A stretch of 64,000 nt of DNA from Callorhinchus milii (taxonomy: Eukaryota). The translations under genes were made by a program, and so were the position numbers. Location: positions 71,550,001 to 71,614,000 of the forward strand of contig NW_024704742.1 in NCBI RefSeq assembly GCF_018977255.1. The letters are read 5' to 3'. Shown piece by piece: positions 1 through 64,000 of this stretch. The number at the start of each line of letters is the position of its first letter. Within the stretch, counting starts at the first letter, position 1. The notes under the pieces were generated by a model. The model made no database searches, had not been told where the DNA came from, and saw nothing but the letters and a program-made list of their open reading frames with translations.

Positions 1-74
1 GATTATTATTGTTATTGATGGTTTTGATGCTGTTGTGGAGCATGTGAATTATCAGTGTGTTTTTCCTTCTCCAG

Positions 75-63833
<63,759 letters not shown>

Positions 63834-64000
63834 GTATTAAACCACAACATTAAGCCCTCTCTGACACCCAGTCCAATGTCAAAGTTTCACCAAAAGTGCA
63901 CTCTCCTAACTTTCTCTCACTCTGTCCCTCTTCTCTCACCCTTTCTCTCTTTCTCCTCTTTTTTTCCTTTCTCCTCTCTAACTTTCCTTTTTTTTCTCTC

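Overview
Vertebrate genomic DNA, most likely from a cartilaginous fish (inferred from the Deu-type SINE, L2 and CR1 repeat landscape). It is not prokaryotic. The whole window lies inside one ferlin gene on the + strand, identifiable as dysferlin (DYSF). I traced GT-AG exons matching human DYSF exons 5-25 and 30-44 in peptide, length and phase (human numbering and peptides recalled from memory, not aligned). The block between two N-gaps (24300-33531) is reverse-oriented: it carries exons 24-25 on the minus strand and repeats about 2.8 kb (exons 22-23) of the preceding contig as a slightly divergent copy. This is most likely a scaffolding or haplotype artefact. Exons 26-29 are absent and probably lie in the unsequenced gap. 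The most interesting biology is a set of small frame-preserving exons: likely orthologues of the alternative exons 17 and 40a (the calpain-cleavage exon), and two further candidate microexons (48445-48486, 56039-56059). Introns are filled with two SINE families sharing an L2-type 3' tail, L2 and CR1 LINE fragments, an unclassified fold-back-like repeat, and many mini- and microsatellites. These repeats explain nearly all long ORFs in the supplied track. I found no evidence for a wholly new multi-gene system.
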